Source: an uncultured Salipiger sp. (GTDB lineage Bacteria; Pseudomonadota; Alphaproteobacteria; Rhodobacterales; Rhodobacteraceae). From it: 64,000 nt of DNA. The translations under genes were made by a program, and so were the position numbers. Where the stretch lies: the NCBI GenBank assembly GCA_964022595.1, contig CAXICP010000001.1, forward strand, positions 756 to 64,755, in the 5' to 3' direction. Position 1 is the first letter of the stretch. Each line of letters opens with the position of its first letter. Positions 46,896 through 56,815 of the stretch are shown one piece after another. The notes beneath the pieces were generated by a model. It ran no database searches and was not told the origin of the DNA. It worked only from the letters and a program-made list of their open reading frames with translations.

Positions 46896-48610
46896 ACCGG
46901 CGGGGCCTGCTTCTGGGCGCCCCGCTGCTGACGCTGGGCGCCGGCGCCCCCGCGCAGGAACACGGCGCCCCCGCGGCCCCCCAAAGCGCCGACGCGCTGC
47001 GCCGGACCCGCGGCCTTGCGGCCCGGCTGGCGGCCATGGGGCTGGGGCCGGGCGATGCCTTCGCGCTGGCGGATGGCAGCCATTACGCGCTGCTGCCCCC
47101 CGGGGCAAAGGACCCCGATCTGCCCCTGCCCGGCGATGCGCTGGACCAGAAGCTGCGCGTGCTGCCGTCGCAGGGGCGCATCGCGCTGGCCGCGTGGGGG
47201 GTGGCGCCGCTGTCGCCGGCACGCGGCGGGCCCGACCCGCGCAGCGCGCCCGACGTATCCGAGGCGCTTTCGCGCGCCGTCGCGCGGGCCATGGCCACCC
47301 ATGCCGAACTGGTGCTGCCGCCGGGAATGTTGCGGGTGACGCGCCCCGGCGCGCTGCTGGCGCGCACGCGGCAAGGCCGCCACGACGGGCTGCGCATCAC
47401 CGGCGCGGGGCAACAATCGACGGTGCTGGTCTATGACCCCGAAGATGCGTCCGAGCCCTTGCTGTGGAACAACAATTCGGTGCTGGGGCTGCGCATTTCC
47501 CGGATGACGCTTTACACCGACACGCCCGGCGCGGTGTTCGCCCGCATCTACGGCAGCGGCATTTCGCAGGATCACCAGTTCATCGACATGGCCTTTCGCG
47601 GCCGCTGGGGCATCGGGGTCGAGATGGTGCCCGACCCCGACACCGGGTCCGCCGGCAACAACAATTCCGAATTCCTGTTCGACCGGGTGCACAGCGGGGT
47701 CTACCTGGACCCGTTCACGCTGCTGCTGGGGCGCTCGTCGGACCAGAACCTCAATTACTGGTTCCACAACTGCAAGCTTTGGGGCTGGGTGACCATCGCC
47801 CGGCTGCACCGGGGCGGGCATCTGCATATCTCGGATTGCGACGTGTCGGGCTATGCGCCCAAGGCGCCCAACTACCTGGTCGAACTGCTGGGCACGGACC
47901 ACGCGCGGGGGGTCTGTGCCTGCACCATCCGCAGCCTGCGGGTCGAGCTCAAGACCGCGCAGGCGCTGGTGCTGCGCTCGGAATGGCCATCGGGCAATAT
48001 CGAGATCGCCGGCCTGGACCTGTCGTCGCAGACCTACCGCATGACCCCCGCCGCGCCGGTGATCGAAATGGTGCTGGGCGAGGGGCGCGGGCCGATCCTG
48101 TCGGTGTCGGATTCGCAATTCGCCGGGCAGCTGCGGGTGGTCAACCACCGCCCCCGGGGATCGGACCAGGCGCTGATCGCCTTTACCCGCTGCAGCTTTT
48201 TCCACGGCGCCGGCCCGGACGAGGTGGTGATCTACGATGGGTCCATGGTCGCGCGGCGCATCCCCGACATGATCTTCCGCGACTGCCGCGGCGCGGCCCG
48301 GCGCGACCGGGGCCTGTGGGATTGCAACCTTGGCGCGCTGCTGGGCGGGGCCTGCCGCATCGACAGCCACCAGGCGCTGCTGCCCCCCGACGGCAGCGCG
48401 CAGCGCCTGCCAAGGGGCGCGCGGATCGAGGCGCTGCTGGACCTTGCGACCATGGCCCCCGTGCCCGGCCTGCGCCTGTGGGCCGGCCCGCGCGACATCA
48501 CCCCCGCCCCCGGCCAGCCGCTGCCGCTGTCGGACGGCACGCCCGTGGCATTGCGCCCCGAGCCGGGCGCCGCGCTGCCGGGCATGTGCCTTCTGCGTTA
48601 CCTTGCGTGA
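46892..48610 (+). CDS. TAT-exported beta-helix protein (pectate-lyase-like fold), paralog of 54649-56622
   Basis: GTG start with GTGA overlap, NRRGLL twin-arginine signal, LVLPPG...ITGAG..STVL beta-helix entry. Confidence 0.72.
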   Translation: MNRRGLLLGAPLLTLGAGAPAQEHGAPAAPQSADALRRTRGLAARLAAMGLGPGDAFALADGSHYALLPPGAKDPDLPLPGDALDQKLRVLPSQGRIALAAWGVAPLSPARGGPDPRSAPDVSEALSRAVARAMATHAELVLPPGMLRVTRPGALLARTRQGRHDGLRITGAGQQSTVLVYDPEDASEPLLWNNNSVLGLRISRMTLYTDTPGAVFARIYGSGISQDHQFIDMAFRGRWGIGVEMVPDPDTGSAGNNNSEFLFDRVHSGVYLDPFTLLLGRSSDQNLNYWFHNCKLWGWVTIARLHRGGHLHISDCDVSGYAPKAPNYLVELLGTDHARGVCACTIRSLRVELKTAQALVLRSEWPSGNIEIAGLDLSSQTYRMTPAAPVIEMVLGEGRGPILSVSDSQFAGQLRVVNHRPRGSDQALIAFTRCSFFHGAGPDEVVIYDGSMVARRIPDMIFRDCRGAARRDRGLWDCNLGALLGGACRIDSHQALLPPDGSAQRLPRGARIEALLDLATMAPVPGLRLWAGPRDITPAPGQPLPLSDGTPVALRPEPGAALPGMCLLRYLA

Positions 48611-48727
48611 TCCGCGCCCTGCCGCCAAAGCGGATTCGGCATCTTTTCCCTTGCGCACGCGGAAGGCTTGGCACTACCCCAAGACGGGCCGAACGCCCTG
48701 TCCCGCAGCAACCTTCCGAGGGTATCC

Positions 48728-50113
48728 TTGCAACAAAAGCCCCCAACCCGGCCCGGTTCCCTGCACGATGAGATCCGGCCGGTTCTGGACGCTGGCCTGT
48801 GCGTCGGATGCGGCGCCTGCGCCATGCGCGCACCCGGCGCCATCCGCATGACCCGGAACCGCGATGGCGTGATGCAGGCAAGCGTCGCCGACGCGGGCGC
48901 CCTGGATGCCACGCCGGGCGGCATCTGCCCGTTTTCCGATGCCACCCCCGACGAGGACACCGTCGGCACCCGCGTCTTTGGCACCGATGTGCCCGCCGAT
49001 CCCAGGCTGGGCCGGGTGCGGCGCAGCTATGCGGGGTTTGCCGCCGCCGCCGATTTCCGCGCCAAGGGCAGTTCGGGGGGCATGGCGACCTGGGTGCTGG
49101 TCGAGGCGATGCGCCAGGGCATGATCGACGCGGTGGTGAACGTGCACCCCGCCAAGGACGGCGCGCTGTTCGACTTTGCCGTCGCCCGCAACGAAGCCGA
49201 AATCCGCGCCGGGGCCAAGACCCGCTATTATTCGGTCAGCTTCGACACGGCGCTGCGCGATGCCATCGACGGCGGCGGGCGCATCGCCTTTGTGGGCGTG
49301 CCCTGCTTCGTCACCGCCGTGCGCCACCTGGCCGCCGCCGATCCGGCCATGGGCGATGCGCTGGCGCTGACCGTGGCGATCGTCTGCGGGCACATGAAAT
49401 CGCCCGGCTTCGCCGAAAGCCTTGCCTGGCAGGTGGGCGTGGCTCCGGATGACATCGCGGCGGTGGATTTCCGCGTCAAGCAACCGGACCGGTCGGCCAA
49501 GATGTACGGGTTTTCGGCCACGTCCAAGACCACGGGCGACACCCGCATGAAACCCATGGCCCAGCTGGCCGGGCGGCGCTGGGATGGCGGCTATTTCCGC
49601 CTTGCCGCCTGCGATTTCTGCGATGACGTGGTGGGCGAGACGGCCGATGTATCCTTTGGCGATGCCTGGCTGCCGGAATATGACGCCGATCCAGGCGGCA
49701 CCAACGTGGTCATGGTGCGCAGCCCCGCCATCGAGACCCTGATCGAAAACGCCCGCGCGCGCGGCGACGTCACGCTGGACGACATCGGGCACGACCGCGC
49801 CGCCGCCTCGCAGGCGGGGGGCTTTCGCGACCGGCGCGACGCGCTGTCCTACCGGCTGTGGCACGCGGACCGCTCGGGCCGCTGGCATCCGCGCAAGCGG
49901 GTCGCGCCCGGGGTTGCGGGTATCGGCCGCATCCGGCGCGTGATGTACCGCGTGCGCATGACCGTGCGGCGCCGCAGCTTTGCCGCCCTGCGGCTGAGCA
50001 AGGCGGTGGGCAGCATCGCGCCCTACCGCTACGAGATGACCGCCTGGCACAAGTTCCAGGTCCTGCTTGGCAAGGTCGATGCGAAATTCGGCAAACCCAT
50101 TTCGAAAAAATGA
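48728..50113 (+). CDS. Second FrhB/FdhB-family Fe-S flavoprotein
   Basis: CVGCGAC, GSSGG, KTRYY, VGVPC, CGH.KS, CDFCDD...ADVSFGDAW; TTG start after GAGGG inferred. Confidence 0.87.
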   Translation: MQQKPPTRPGSLHDEIRPVLDAGLCVGCGACAMRAPGAIRMTRNRDGVMQASVADAGALDATPGGICPFSDATPDEDTVGTRVFGTDVPADPRLGRVRRSYAGFAAAADFRAKGSSGGMATWVLVEAMRQGMIDAVVNVHPAKDGALFDFAVARNEAEIRAGAKTRYYSVSFDTALRDAIDGGGRIAFVGVPCFVTAVRHLAAADPAMGDALALTVAIVCGHMKSPGFAESLAWQVGVAPDDIAAVDFRVKQPDRSAKMYGFSATSKTTGDTRMKPMAQLAGRRWDGGYFRLAACDFCDDVVGETADVSFGDAWLPEYDADPGGTNVVMVRSPAIETLIENARARGDVTLDDIGHDRAAASQAGGFRDRRDALSYRLWHADRSGRWHPRKRVAPGVAGIGRIRRVMYRVRMTVRRRSFAALRLSKAVGSIAPYRYEMTAWHKFQVLLGKVDAKFGKPISKK

Positions 50114-50129
50114 AGATCGAGAATCCCAA

Positions 50130-51350
50130 ATGTCCGCCCAGATGCCTTCCCGAAAGATCGTCTTTTCCTTTCAGCTGCTGACCAACATCGGCTGCGAGAT
50201 CATCATCCGCGGCTCCATCGCCTTTCTCAAAAGGGCCTACCCCGATCACGACCTGACCTTCGTGGTGTCCAGCTACCACCCGGACCGCGACCGCGCGCTG
50301 CTGTCGGATGTCTCGGGCGTGCGCGTGGTGCCGATGCTGGAACGCAAGCGCTATGTCCGCGGCGTGCTGCGCAAGACGGGGCTGTTCATCTCGCACTGGA
50401 CCCCGCGCTTTGCCAGCCGCGAATTCAAGTCGGCGGACCTGTTCTGTTCGGTGGGCGGCGACATCTACACCATGTTCGGCGATGCCCTGCCCGAGGATTG
50501 GCTGGGCTATGAATCCTACGCCACCCGCCACGGCATTCCGGCCATCATGTTCGGCGCCAACATGGAACGCTTCGAGGTGCTGTCCGAGGCGCATCGCACC
50601 CAGCTTCTGGACCACCTGAAACGCTTCCGCCTGCTGGTGGCGCGCGATCAGGGCACCGCCGACTACCTGGCCGGGCACGGCATCGCGGACAATGTCGCCA
50701 TCTTCCCCGATCCGATCTTTTCGCTGCGCCCGCAGACGGTGTTCGAACGCCGCAAGGTGCAGCGGATCGGCATCAACTTCACCCCCTTCCTGCTGGAGAA
50801 ATTCGGCGACGCCATCGTCGATCGTTACGCCCGCATCACCGAAGAGCTGGTGCGCCGCGGCTACGAGGTCAGCCTGGTGCCGCATGTCTCTTCGCCCGAC
50901 GGGCGCGGCACGCAGCACGACCCGCGCTCGCTGGATCGGCTGCACGCGGCGCTGGACCCCGAGATCGCCGCCAAGGTGCAGGTGTGGCGCGGCGAGATGT
51001 CCTTTGCCAATGTCTCGCAGATGCTGTCCGACCTGGACATGTTCGTGGGCGCGCGGATGCATGGCTGCCTCAGCTCGCTGACGCTGGGCAAGCCGGTGTT
51101 CTTCGTGGGCTACAGCCGCAAGGCCAGGACCATGGTCGATTGGCTCAAGGCCGCCTCGCCCTTTGCGGACATGGCCCAAAGCTTTTGCGTCAAGGATGGC
51201 GACAAGGTCGAACTGGCCGACATCGAGGCGCTGATCGCCGATCACGATGCCTGGGCCGCCGCCGGCGACGCCCCGGTCACGGTCGACACCCGCGCCTGGC
51301 TGGACGGGCTGCCGCTGTGGCGGCAGATGCCGGACCTGGGCGGGGCCTGA
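50130..51350 (+). CDS. Second polysaccharide pyruvyl transferase family protein
   Basis: NIGCE.I, SVGGD.Y, ARD, PDP.F, GARMHG, GYSRKA. Confidence 0.85.
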   Translation: MSAQMPSRKIVFSFQLLTNIGCEIIIRGSIAFLKRAYPDHDLTFVVSSYHPDRDRALLSDVSGVRVVPMLERKRYVRGVLRKTGLFISHWTPRFASREFKSADLFCSVGGDIYTMFGDALPEDWLGYESYATRHGIPAIMFGANMERFEVLSEAHRTQLLDHLKRFRLLVARDQGTADYLAGHGIADNVAIFPDPIFSLRPQTVFERRKVQRIGINFTPFLLEKFGDAIVDRYARITEELVRRGYEVSLVPHVSSPDGRGTQHDPRSLDRLHAALDPEIAAKVQVWRGEMSFANVSQMLSDLDMFVGARMHGCLSSLTLGKPVFFVGYSRKARTMVDWLKAASPFADMAQSFCVKDGDKVELADIEALIADHDAWAAAGDAPVTVDTRAWLDGLPLWRQMPDLGGA

Positions 51351-51356
51351 CCCATC

Positions 51357-52865
51357 ATGGCCGACACACCCGGCGCTTCGGAACCAGGCAAGGACAACGA
51401 GCCGCAATCATCTGGCCGCACCGCCGCGCGCGGCATGGCCTGGACGGCGCTGTCGCTGGTGGTGTCAAAGCTGCTGTCCTTTGGCAGCCAGGTGGCGCTT
51501 GGCTACCTGCTGGCGGTGGACACCTACGCGGTCTTTGCGCTGCTCACCACGGCGATGATCTTCGTCAACGGGTTCCAGAACCCGGGCGTGTCCAAGATGC
51601 TGATCCAGCAGCATGACCGCCTGGACGAGATCCTGCCCGACTATTCCGCCTTTGCCCTGTGGCTGGGGCTGATCGGGCTGGCGATCTTTCTTCTGGTCGG
51701 CATCGGGTTCGAGATGACCTACGACGTGCGCCCGCTGTTCTGGGTGATCGCGCTGGCGGGGCTGAGCATTCCTCTCAAGGCGGCGACGACGGTCTACATG
51801 GCGGTCATGAGCGTGAACTACGCCTTCCGCGACATCAGCATGGCCGAAATGAAGCGGTCGCTGTTCTATTACGCGGTGCTTGTGGGGGCCGCGGCGCTTG
51901 GGGCGGCGGGCTATACCATGGCGCTGGCGCTGGTGGGGGCGACGGTGGTGCATGTGGTGCTGCTGAAGCGGGCGACGCCGGGGCTGCGGCTGTCGTGGAA
52001 GCTGTCGCCGCGCCGGTTCTGGCAGATGACGGTGGAAATGCGCTGGGTGCTGCTGTCGGCGTTCCTGTTCGCGCTGGGGATGAACGGCGACTACCTGCTG
52101 CTGGGCGAGATGCTGAGTGCCGAAGAGCTGGGCTATTACTTCTTCGGCTTCACGCTGGTGGCGAACCTGACGGTGATGATCTCGATGGGGATCAACCAGG
52201 CGCTGCTGCCGCTGTTTTCCAAGCTCAAGCACGACCTGGCGCAGCTGCGCCGACAGTACCTGCGCATCGGCGGGGCGATCACCCTGATGATGAGCATCAT
52301 CTGCATCGGGCTGGTGGGCGTCGGCCCGGCGCTGGTGCACCTGGTCTGGGGCGGCAAGTGGGACCCGGCCATCGTCGTGGTGGTCAGCATCGCCGCGATC
52401 CTGCCGGTGCGGCTGATGGCGAACCTGGCCGGGGTGGTGTTCGAAAGCCAGGGCGCCTGGGGCTGGCGGCTGGTGACGTTGATCTGGGACGCGGGGTTCA
52501 TCCTGCTGTGCGCCTGGGTTGGCGCGACGCTGGGCGGGTTCACCGGGGCCACCATCGCGGTGGCGCTGCAGCGGCTGGTCAGCGGGTTGCTGACCTTTCC
52601 GCTGGCCGCAAGCAAGATCGGCATCGCGCCGCGCCGCACCGCCAGATTCTTCGCGCGCTGCTTTACCGTCTACGGGATCGTGGTGGCGGCGATGCTGCTG
52701 GCCGACCCCTGGCGCGGTGTCACGGTGCATGAATCCACGCTGATCCTGCGCCCGGTGCTGGAAACCAGCGCGGCGCTGGCGGTGTTCCTGGCCTATAACC
52801 TTGCCTTCAACCGCGAATTGATGGTCGCCATGCTGGGCATTCTGCGCCGGAAGAAAACCCCATGA
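51357..52865 (+). CDS. wzx: Wzx oligosaccharide flippase
   Basis: RG.AW, DYLLLG..L..EELGYY, L.PLFSK, GGKW motifs; 12-14 TMs. Confidence 0.88.
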   Translation: MADTPGASEPGKDNEPQSSGRTAARGMAWTALSLVVSKLLSFGSQVALGYLLAVDTYAVFALLTTAMIFVNGFQNPGVSKMLIQQHDRLDEILPDYSAFALWLGLIGLAIFLLVGIGFEMTYDVRPLFWVIALAGLSIPLKAATTVYMAVMSVNYAFRDISMAEMKRSLFYYAVLVGAAALGAAGYTMALALVGATVVHVVLLKRATPGLRLSWKLSPRRFWQMTVEMRWVLLSAFLFALGMNGDYLLLGEMLSAEELGYYFFGFTLVANLTVMISMGINQALLPLFSKLKHDLAQLRRQYLRIGGAITLMMSIICIGLVGVGPALVHLVWGGKWDPAIVVVVSIAAILPVRLMANLAGVVFESQGAWGWRLVTLIWDAGFILLCAWVGATLGGFTGATIAVALQRLVSGLLTFPLAASKIGIAPRRTARFFARCFTVYGIVVAAMLLADPWRGVTVHESTLILRPVLETSAALAVFLAYNLAFNRELMVAMLGILRRKKTP

Positions 52866-54025
52866 CGTCAAAGCCTTCGCATCTTTTGTTCATCCTTGAA
52901 GGCAGCGAGGGCTACGGCGTGATGCGCGTGTGGGACACGCTGCTTGGCGGTTTGCCCGCGCGCGGGCACCGGGTGTCGGTGCTGTTGCTGCGCGACAATG
53001 ACGCGCTGCGCGCGCGGCTGGAAGCGCAGGGCATCGACGTGCTGCATCTGCCGGTCGCCTCGCCCTCGCCGCGCGGCACCGGGGCTGTGCAAAAGGCCTG
53101 GGCGCTGGGGCGCCGGGGGGCGGCGCAGGTGGGTCTTGCCCGCCGCCTTGCGCGCGAAATCCGCGCGCGCGGCATCGACACCATCGTGCTGCAAAGCCCG
53201 CTGGCCACCATGCTGGCGGCGCTGGCGGCGCGCGGGTCTGGCACGCGCGCCTTCTGGCTGATGCCCAATTCGGTCAGCTCGGGCTATCCGCTGGATTTCA
53301 ACCGGCGGATCTATCGGGCGCTGTTCCGGGCCGGGCCGCTGATCCCGGTGGCCAATTCGCACCACACCGACGGCACGCTGGGGCCGGGGCGCTACCGGCG
53401 CCACGTGCTGCACCTGGGCATCGACACCGACCTGTTTTGCCCCGGCGCCGGGGCGGGCGTGCAATCAAGGGCCGCGCTTGGCATTCCCGAAGACGCGCCG
53501 CTGCTGGGGGTGCTGGCGCGGATCACCCCCGAAAAGGGCCAGGCCGAGATGATCGAGGCGCTGACCCTGGCGGGGGGCGACGCGCATCTGCTGCTGTGCG
53601 GCGGGCCGCTGGAAAGCCGCTTTGCCGGCGCCCTGCGCGACCAGGTGGCGCGCGCCGGGCTGCAAGACCGGGTGCATTTCGCCGGGCCGCAAGCGGATGT
53701 GATCCCGTGGTATGCCCTGTGCGACGTGGTGCTGAACACCCGCACCGATCCCGAACCCTTTGGCCTGTCGGTGATCGAGGCGATGGCCATGGGCAAGCCC
53801 GTGCTGGCCCACGCGGCGGGCGGGCCTTCGGAAACGGTGATCGACGGGGAAACCGGCTGGCTGATGCCCGCCCCCACCGCCGCCGCCTATGCCGAAGGGC
53901 TGGCCCGCGCGCTGGCCGACCGCCCTCGATGGGCGCAGATGGGCACGGCGGCCACCGCCCATGCCCGGGCGCATTTTTCCGAAAAGACCATGCTGGACGG
54001 GTTGGAGACGCTGCTCAGTCGCTGA
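52862..54025 (+). CDS. Glycosyltransferase family 4
   Basis: ARITPEKGQ, EPFGLSVIEAMAMGKPV, GGPSETV.DGETG. Confidence 0.93.
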   Translation: MTSKPSHLLFILEGSEGYGVMRVWDTLLGGLPARGHRVSVLLLRDNDALRARLEAQGIDVLHLPVASPSPRGTGAVQKAWALGRRGAAQVGLARRLAREIRARGIDTIVLQSPLATMLAALAARGSGTRAFWLMPNSVSSGYPLDFNRRIYRALFRAGPLIPVANSHHTDGTLGPGRYRRHVLHLGIDTDLFCPGAGAGVQSRAALGIPEDAPLLGVLARITPEKGQAEMIEALTLAGGDAHLLLCGGPLESRFAGALRDQVARAGLQDRVHFAGPQADVIPWYALCDVVLNTRTDPEPFGLSVIEAMAMGKPVLAHAAGGPSETVIDGETGWLMPAPTAAAYAEGLARALADRPRWAQMGTAATAHARAHFSEKTMLDGLETLLSR

Positions 54026-54578
54026 CGGCGGCAGCGCGCGGCCCCAGGTCGCGCAGCGGGTTGCCCGCGCAGATCCGCGCCGGCGGCACGTCGCGCAGCA
54101 CCAGCGAGCGTGCGCCGATCACCGCCCCCTGCCCCACGCTGACCCCCGGCCCGACGAAACAGCCCGCCGCCAGCCAGCTTTCGGCCCCGATGCGCACAGG
54201 GCGGCAATCATAGCGGAAATCGATCTGGCGGTGATCGTGCGAGCCTGTGCAGACATAGCAATCCTGCGACACGCAGGCATTGTCGCCGATGTCGATCTCG
54301 GCCAGGGAATACAGCTCGGCGCGATCGCCGATCCAGGCATTGTCGCCGATGCTCACCCGCCAGGGATAGGTGATGCGGGCCGAGGGGCGGATCTTGACCC
54401 CCTTGCCCACGCGGGCGCCGAACGCCCGCAGCACCATGACGCGCCAGCCATGCAGCGGCTGCGGCGACAGGCCGATCAGCACCGCCTGGGCGATCCACCA
54501 CAGCTGCACGAAAAGACCCGAGCGCCCGCGGAAACCCGCGGGCACCCTGAATTGGCCCAGATCCTGGTATGTCGCCAT
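54015..54578 (-). CDS. wcaF: WcaF-like O-acetyltransferase
   Basis: YQDL..F, LR.FGA.VG.GV.IRPS.RITYPW, LYSL, SQ..Y.CTGSHD, GNP. Confidence 0.88.
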   Translation of the reverse strand: MATYQDLGQFRVPAGFRGRSGLFVQLWWIAQAVLIGLSPQPLHGWRVMVLRAFGARVGKGVKIRPSARITYPWRVSIGDNAWIGDRAELYSLAEIDIGDNACVSQDCYVCTGSHDHRQIDFRYDCRPVRIGAESWLAAGCFVGPGVSVGQGAVIGARSLVLRDVPPARICAGNPLRDLGPRAAAVSD

Positions 54579-54648
54579 CCGCGCGCCCTTGCACCGTTGC
54601 GGGCAGACCCTAGCAGATCCGCCCGCCCGCACCAGCGCCACGCCGCCG

Positions 54649-56622
54649 TCAGCAGAGGAATTCCACCTCGGCGAACATGCGGCCGACCTGGTTGGCCACC
54701 CCGTTGGCATCGCGCAGCCGCAACGTCTCGTTTCCGGCCCCGACCGAATGGCAGCGGGGCAGATCAAGATACACCACAGAGCTCAGCGCGTGGTTCCCGG
54801 TTTCGGCAATCACGTTGCCGCCCCCGTCCAGGACCTGGAAGTTCACCTGCACTAACGACGACAACGGCACCCCCGGATTGCGGAATACGACCCGGGTGAC
54901 AAAGGTGCCCGCGGGCACCCTGGCCGTGAACTCCGTGCTCGACTGCGGCTGGCCCGCCCCGATCGAATCCCGGAACACGAAGGACCGCTTGCCGCAATGG
55001 CTGTTCATCGCCCAGCGGGACCCAAAGACTGCATCCCAGACCACGATGTTGCCCGAGGTGTTCGCCGTGTCCGACTTGCAGCGATCAAGCGAGACAAGCC
55101 AGGTGCCGCCATAGCTTGCCCGGTTGAAGCTGAGGAAGCTGTCCGGCGAAGGATGCCGGATGGTGCACAGCCGGTAGGCGGCGTTGTGCTCGTACCCGTG
55201 CGAGCTGGCCCCGTTGGAATAAATGTGCTTGCCGATCAGGTCGCACCCCTCGAACAGGACGTTCGGCCCCTGGTCGTTGCCGCAGTTGAAATGGGCATTG
55301 GTGACGCTGCTGTACCCGGCCGGCGTGACCGGGCCGCAATCGACATCGCGGAACGACACGGTGCCGTAGTTCCATTCGCAATAGATCAGCTTGGACAGCA
55401 GGTTCTTGTGCTCGACCCGCCCGCCGGTCACCGTCAGGCTGCACACGCCGCGCGCATGATCCGTTCCCAGCAGTTCGAACAGGGGCGCGCCCTTGGTCGA
55501 CTGGTTCTGCGTCATGCCGGGGGCCAGCCCGGACCAGTCGCAGTTGACGAAGTGGAAATGCCCCCCCTTGCGGGCCCGCAGGAACTGGCCATCATACAGC
55601 CAGAACTTGCAGTTGGTGGCCCAGTAGTTGAGAAACTGGTCCGACCCCTCGATGGGCATATCCAACACGACGTCCCGGATGGTGCCGGTGATCGCGCAGT
55701 TCGACCAGCGCCATTCGGAATTGTTGTTGCCCCCCTCGAGGCGGTACAGCTTCTGCCAGGTGCCGTTCCAGTTGCAGTTCTCGAACAGGACGTCCTGCGC
55801 GCCGCCGCTGGCGTCAACGAACATGAACCGCGCGTTGTCGCTGCTGGCGGTGAAGCGCAGGTTGCGGAAGCGCACGAACAGGAATTCGTTGGGGTTGTTG
55901 CACAGGTAGTCTTCGCCGTCGTGGCCGAAATGGATGGTGGTGCCGGTGCCGTCCCCCTCGTAGGTCAGGCCCATGGCGCGCCCCACGCCCAGCGTGTCCA
56001 TCAGGCTGCGCGGCGTGTTCACCAGGTATTGCCCACCGGGCAGGAACACCGCGTGCTGGACAATCGGGTTGCTGCCGATGGTCGGGGCCTGCTTGCTGGT
56101 CACCGCCGCGCGAAAGGCGGTCCGGATCGCGGCGCTGTCGTCGGTGACGCTGTCGCCCTTGGCGCCGAAGGCACGCACGTCAAAGCCGCGCGGGCCGGGT
56201 TCGACATACAGTTTCGCCCCCCCCGCGGTGGTCACGTGGTGGTTGGTCGCCGCCGGATCGGCGACGCGATAGACATAGGTTTCGGCCTGGGTCATCAGGC
56301 GCATTCCGGCCGTGAAGAACCCCGCCGGGCGGGTGTCTTCAAGCAGCGTTTCGACATCCGCGACCGGGCTGTCGGCTGCAAGCATCGCCTGCATCCCGGC
56401 CTGCGGCATGTCCACGACCGTCGCGCTGGTGGCGGCCGACATCCCCGAGAATATCTCGTAGACGCCCTGGGGCGTAAGACAGCGGTCGCCATCGGCGAAT
56501 CCCGACAGCGCGCTCATGTCGCTGGTCGAGCCCAGCTTGATCGGCATGCGTTGCCGGATCTCTTCAAGGGTGGTTTTCAACCGGCTTCCGGTCATCGGAA
56601 GCGAAGGAATTACGAGTGCCAT
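54649..56622 (-). CDS. Tailspike-like beta-helix protein, putative GTA head-spike fibre / capsule-binding depolymerase
   Basis: No signal peptide; HHVTTAGGAKLYV..FDVRAFGAKGDSVTDDSAAI, VFLPGGQYLV; GGAGA RBS; downstream of spike-base gene. Confidence 0.75.
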   Translation of the reverse strand: MALVIPSLPMTGSRLKTTLEEIRQRMPIKLGSTSDMSALSGFADGDRCLTPQGVYEIFSGMSAATSATVVDMPQAGMQAMLAADSPVADVETLLEDTRPAGFFTAGMRLMTQAETYVYRVADPAATNHHVTTAGGAKLYVEPGPRGFDVRAFGAKGDSVTDDSAAIRTAFRAAVTSKQAPTIGSNPIVQHAVFLPGGQYLVNTPRSLMDTLGVGRAMGLTYEGDGTGTTIHFGHDGEDYLCNNPNEFLFVRFRNLRFTASSDNARFMFVDASGGAQDVLFENCNWNGTWQKLYRLEGGNNNSEWRWSNCAITGTIRDVVLDMPIEGSDQFLNYWATNCKFWLYDGQFLRARKGGHFHFVNCDWSGLAPGMTQNQSTKGAPLFELLGTDHARGVCSLTVTGGRVEHKNLLSKLIYCEWNYGTVSFRDVDCGPVTPAGYSSVTNAHFNCGNDQGPNVLFEGCDLIGKHIYSNGASSHGYEHNAAYRLCTIRHPSPDSFLSFNRASYGGTWLVSLDRCKSDTANTSGNIVVWDAVFGSRWAMNSHCGKRSFVFRDSIGAGQPQSSTEFTARVPAGTFVTRVVFRNPGVPLSSLVQVNFQVLDGGGNVIAETGNHALSSVVYLDLPRCHSVGAGNETLRLRDANGVANQVGRMFAEVEFLC

Positions 56623-56701
56623 GTAGCATTTCTCCGGTGGATTGGAATCAGGTCGTGCCCGACACCCGATTCCGGGGCTGCCCCTGCCCGGGGCCGTCAG
56701 C

Positions 56702-56815
56702 TCATACGATGATGGTATCTGCCGTGATCAGGTCGTCGGCGTGCAGCACCGAGATCGTCGTCGAGGTGACGACGACCGGCTGCGATCCCGAGAACAGAAG
56801 GGCGAGGCCAAGCAT
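56702..56815 (-). CDS. 37-aa peptide MLGLALLFSGSQPVVVTSTTISVLHADDLITADTIIV, putative spike adaptor
   Basis: ATG overlaps spike-base stop (TGATG at 56817-56813); mostly G/C-ending codons; N-terminus resembles GhsB xLGLGL anchor. Confidence 0.6.
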   Translation of the reverse strand: MLGLALLFSGSQPVVVTSTTISVLHADDLITADTIIV

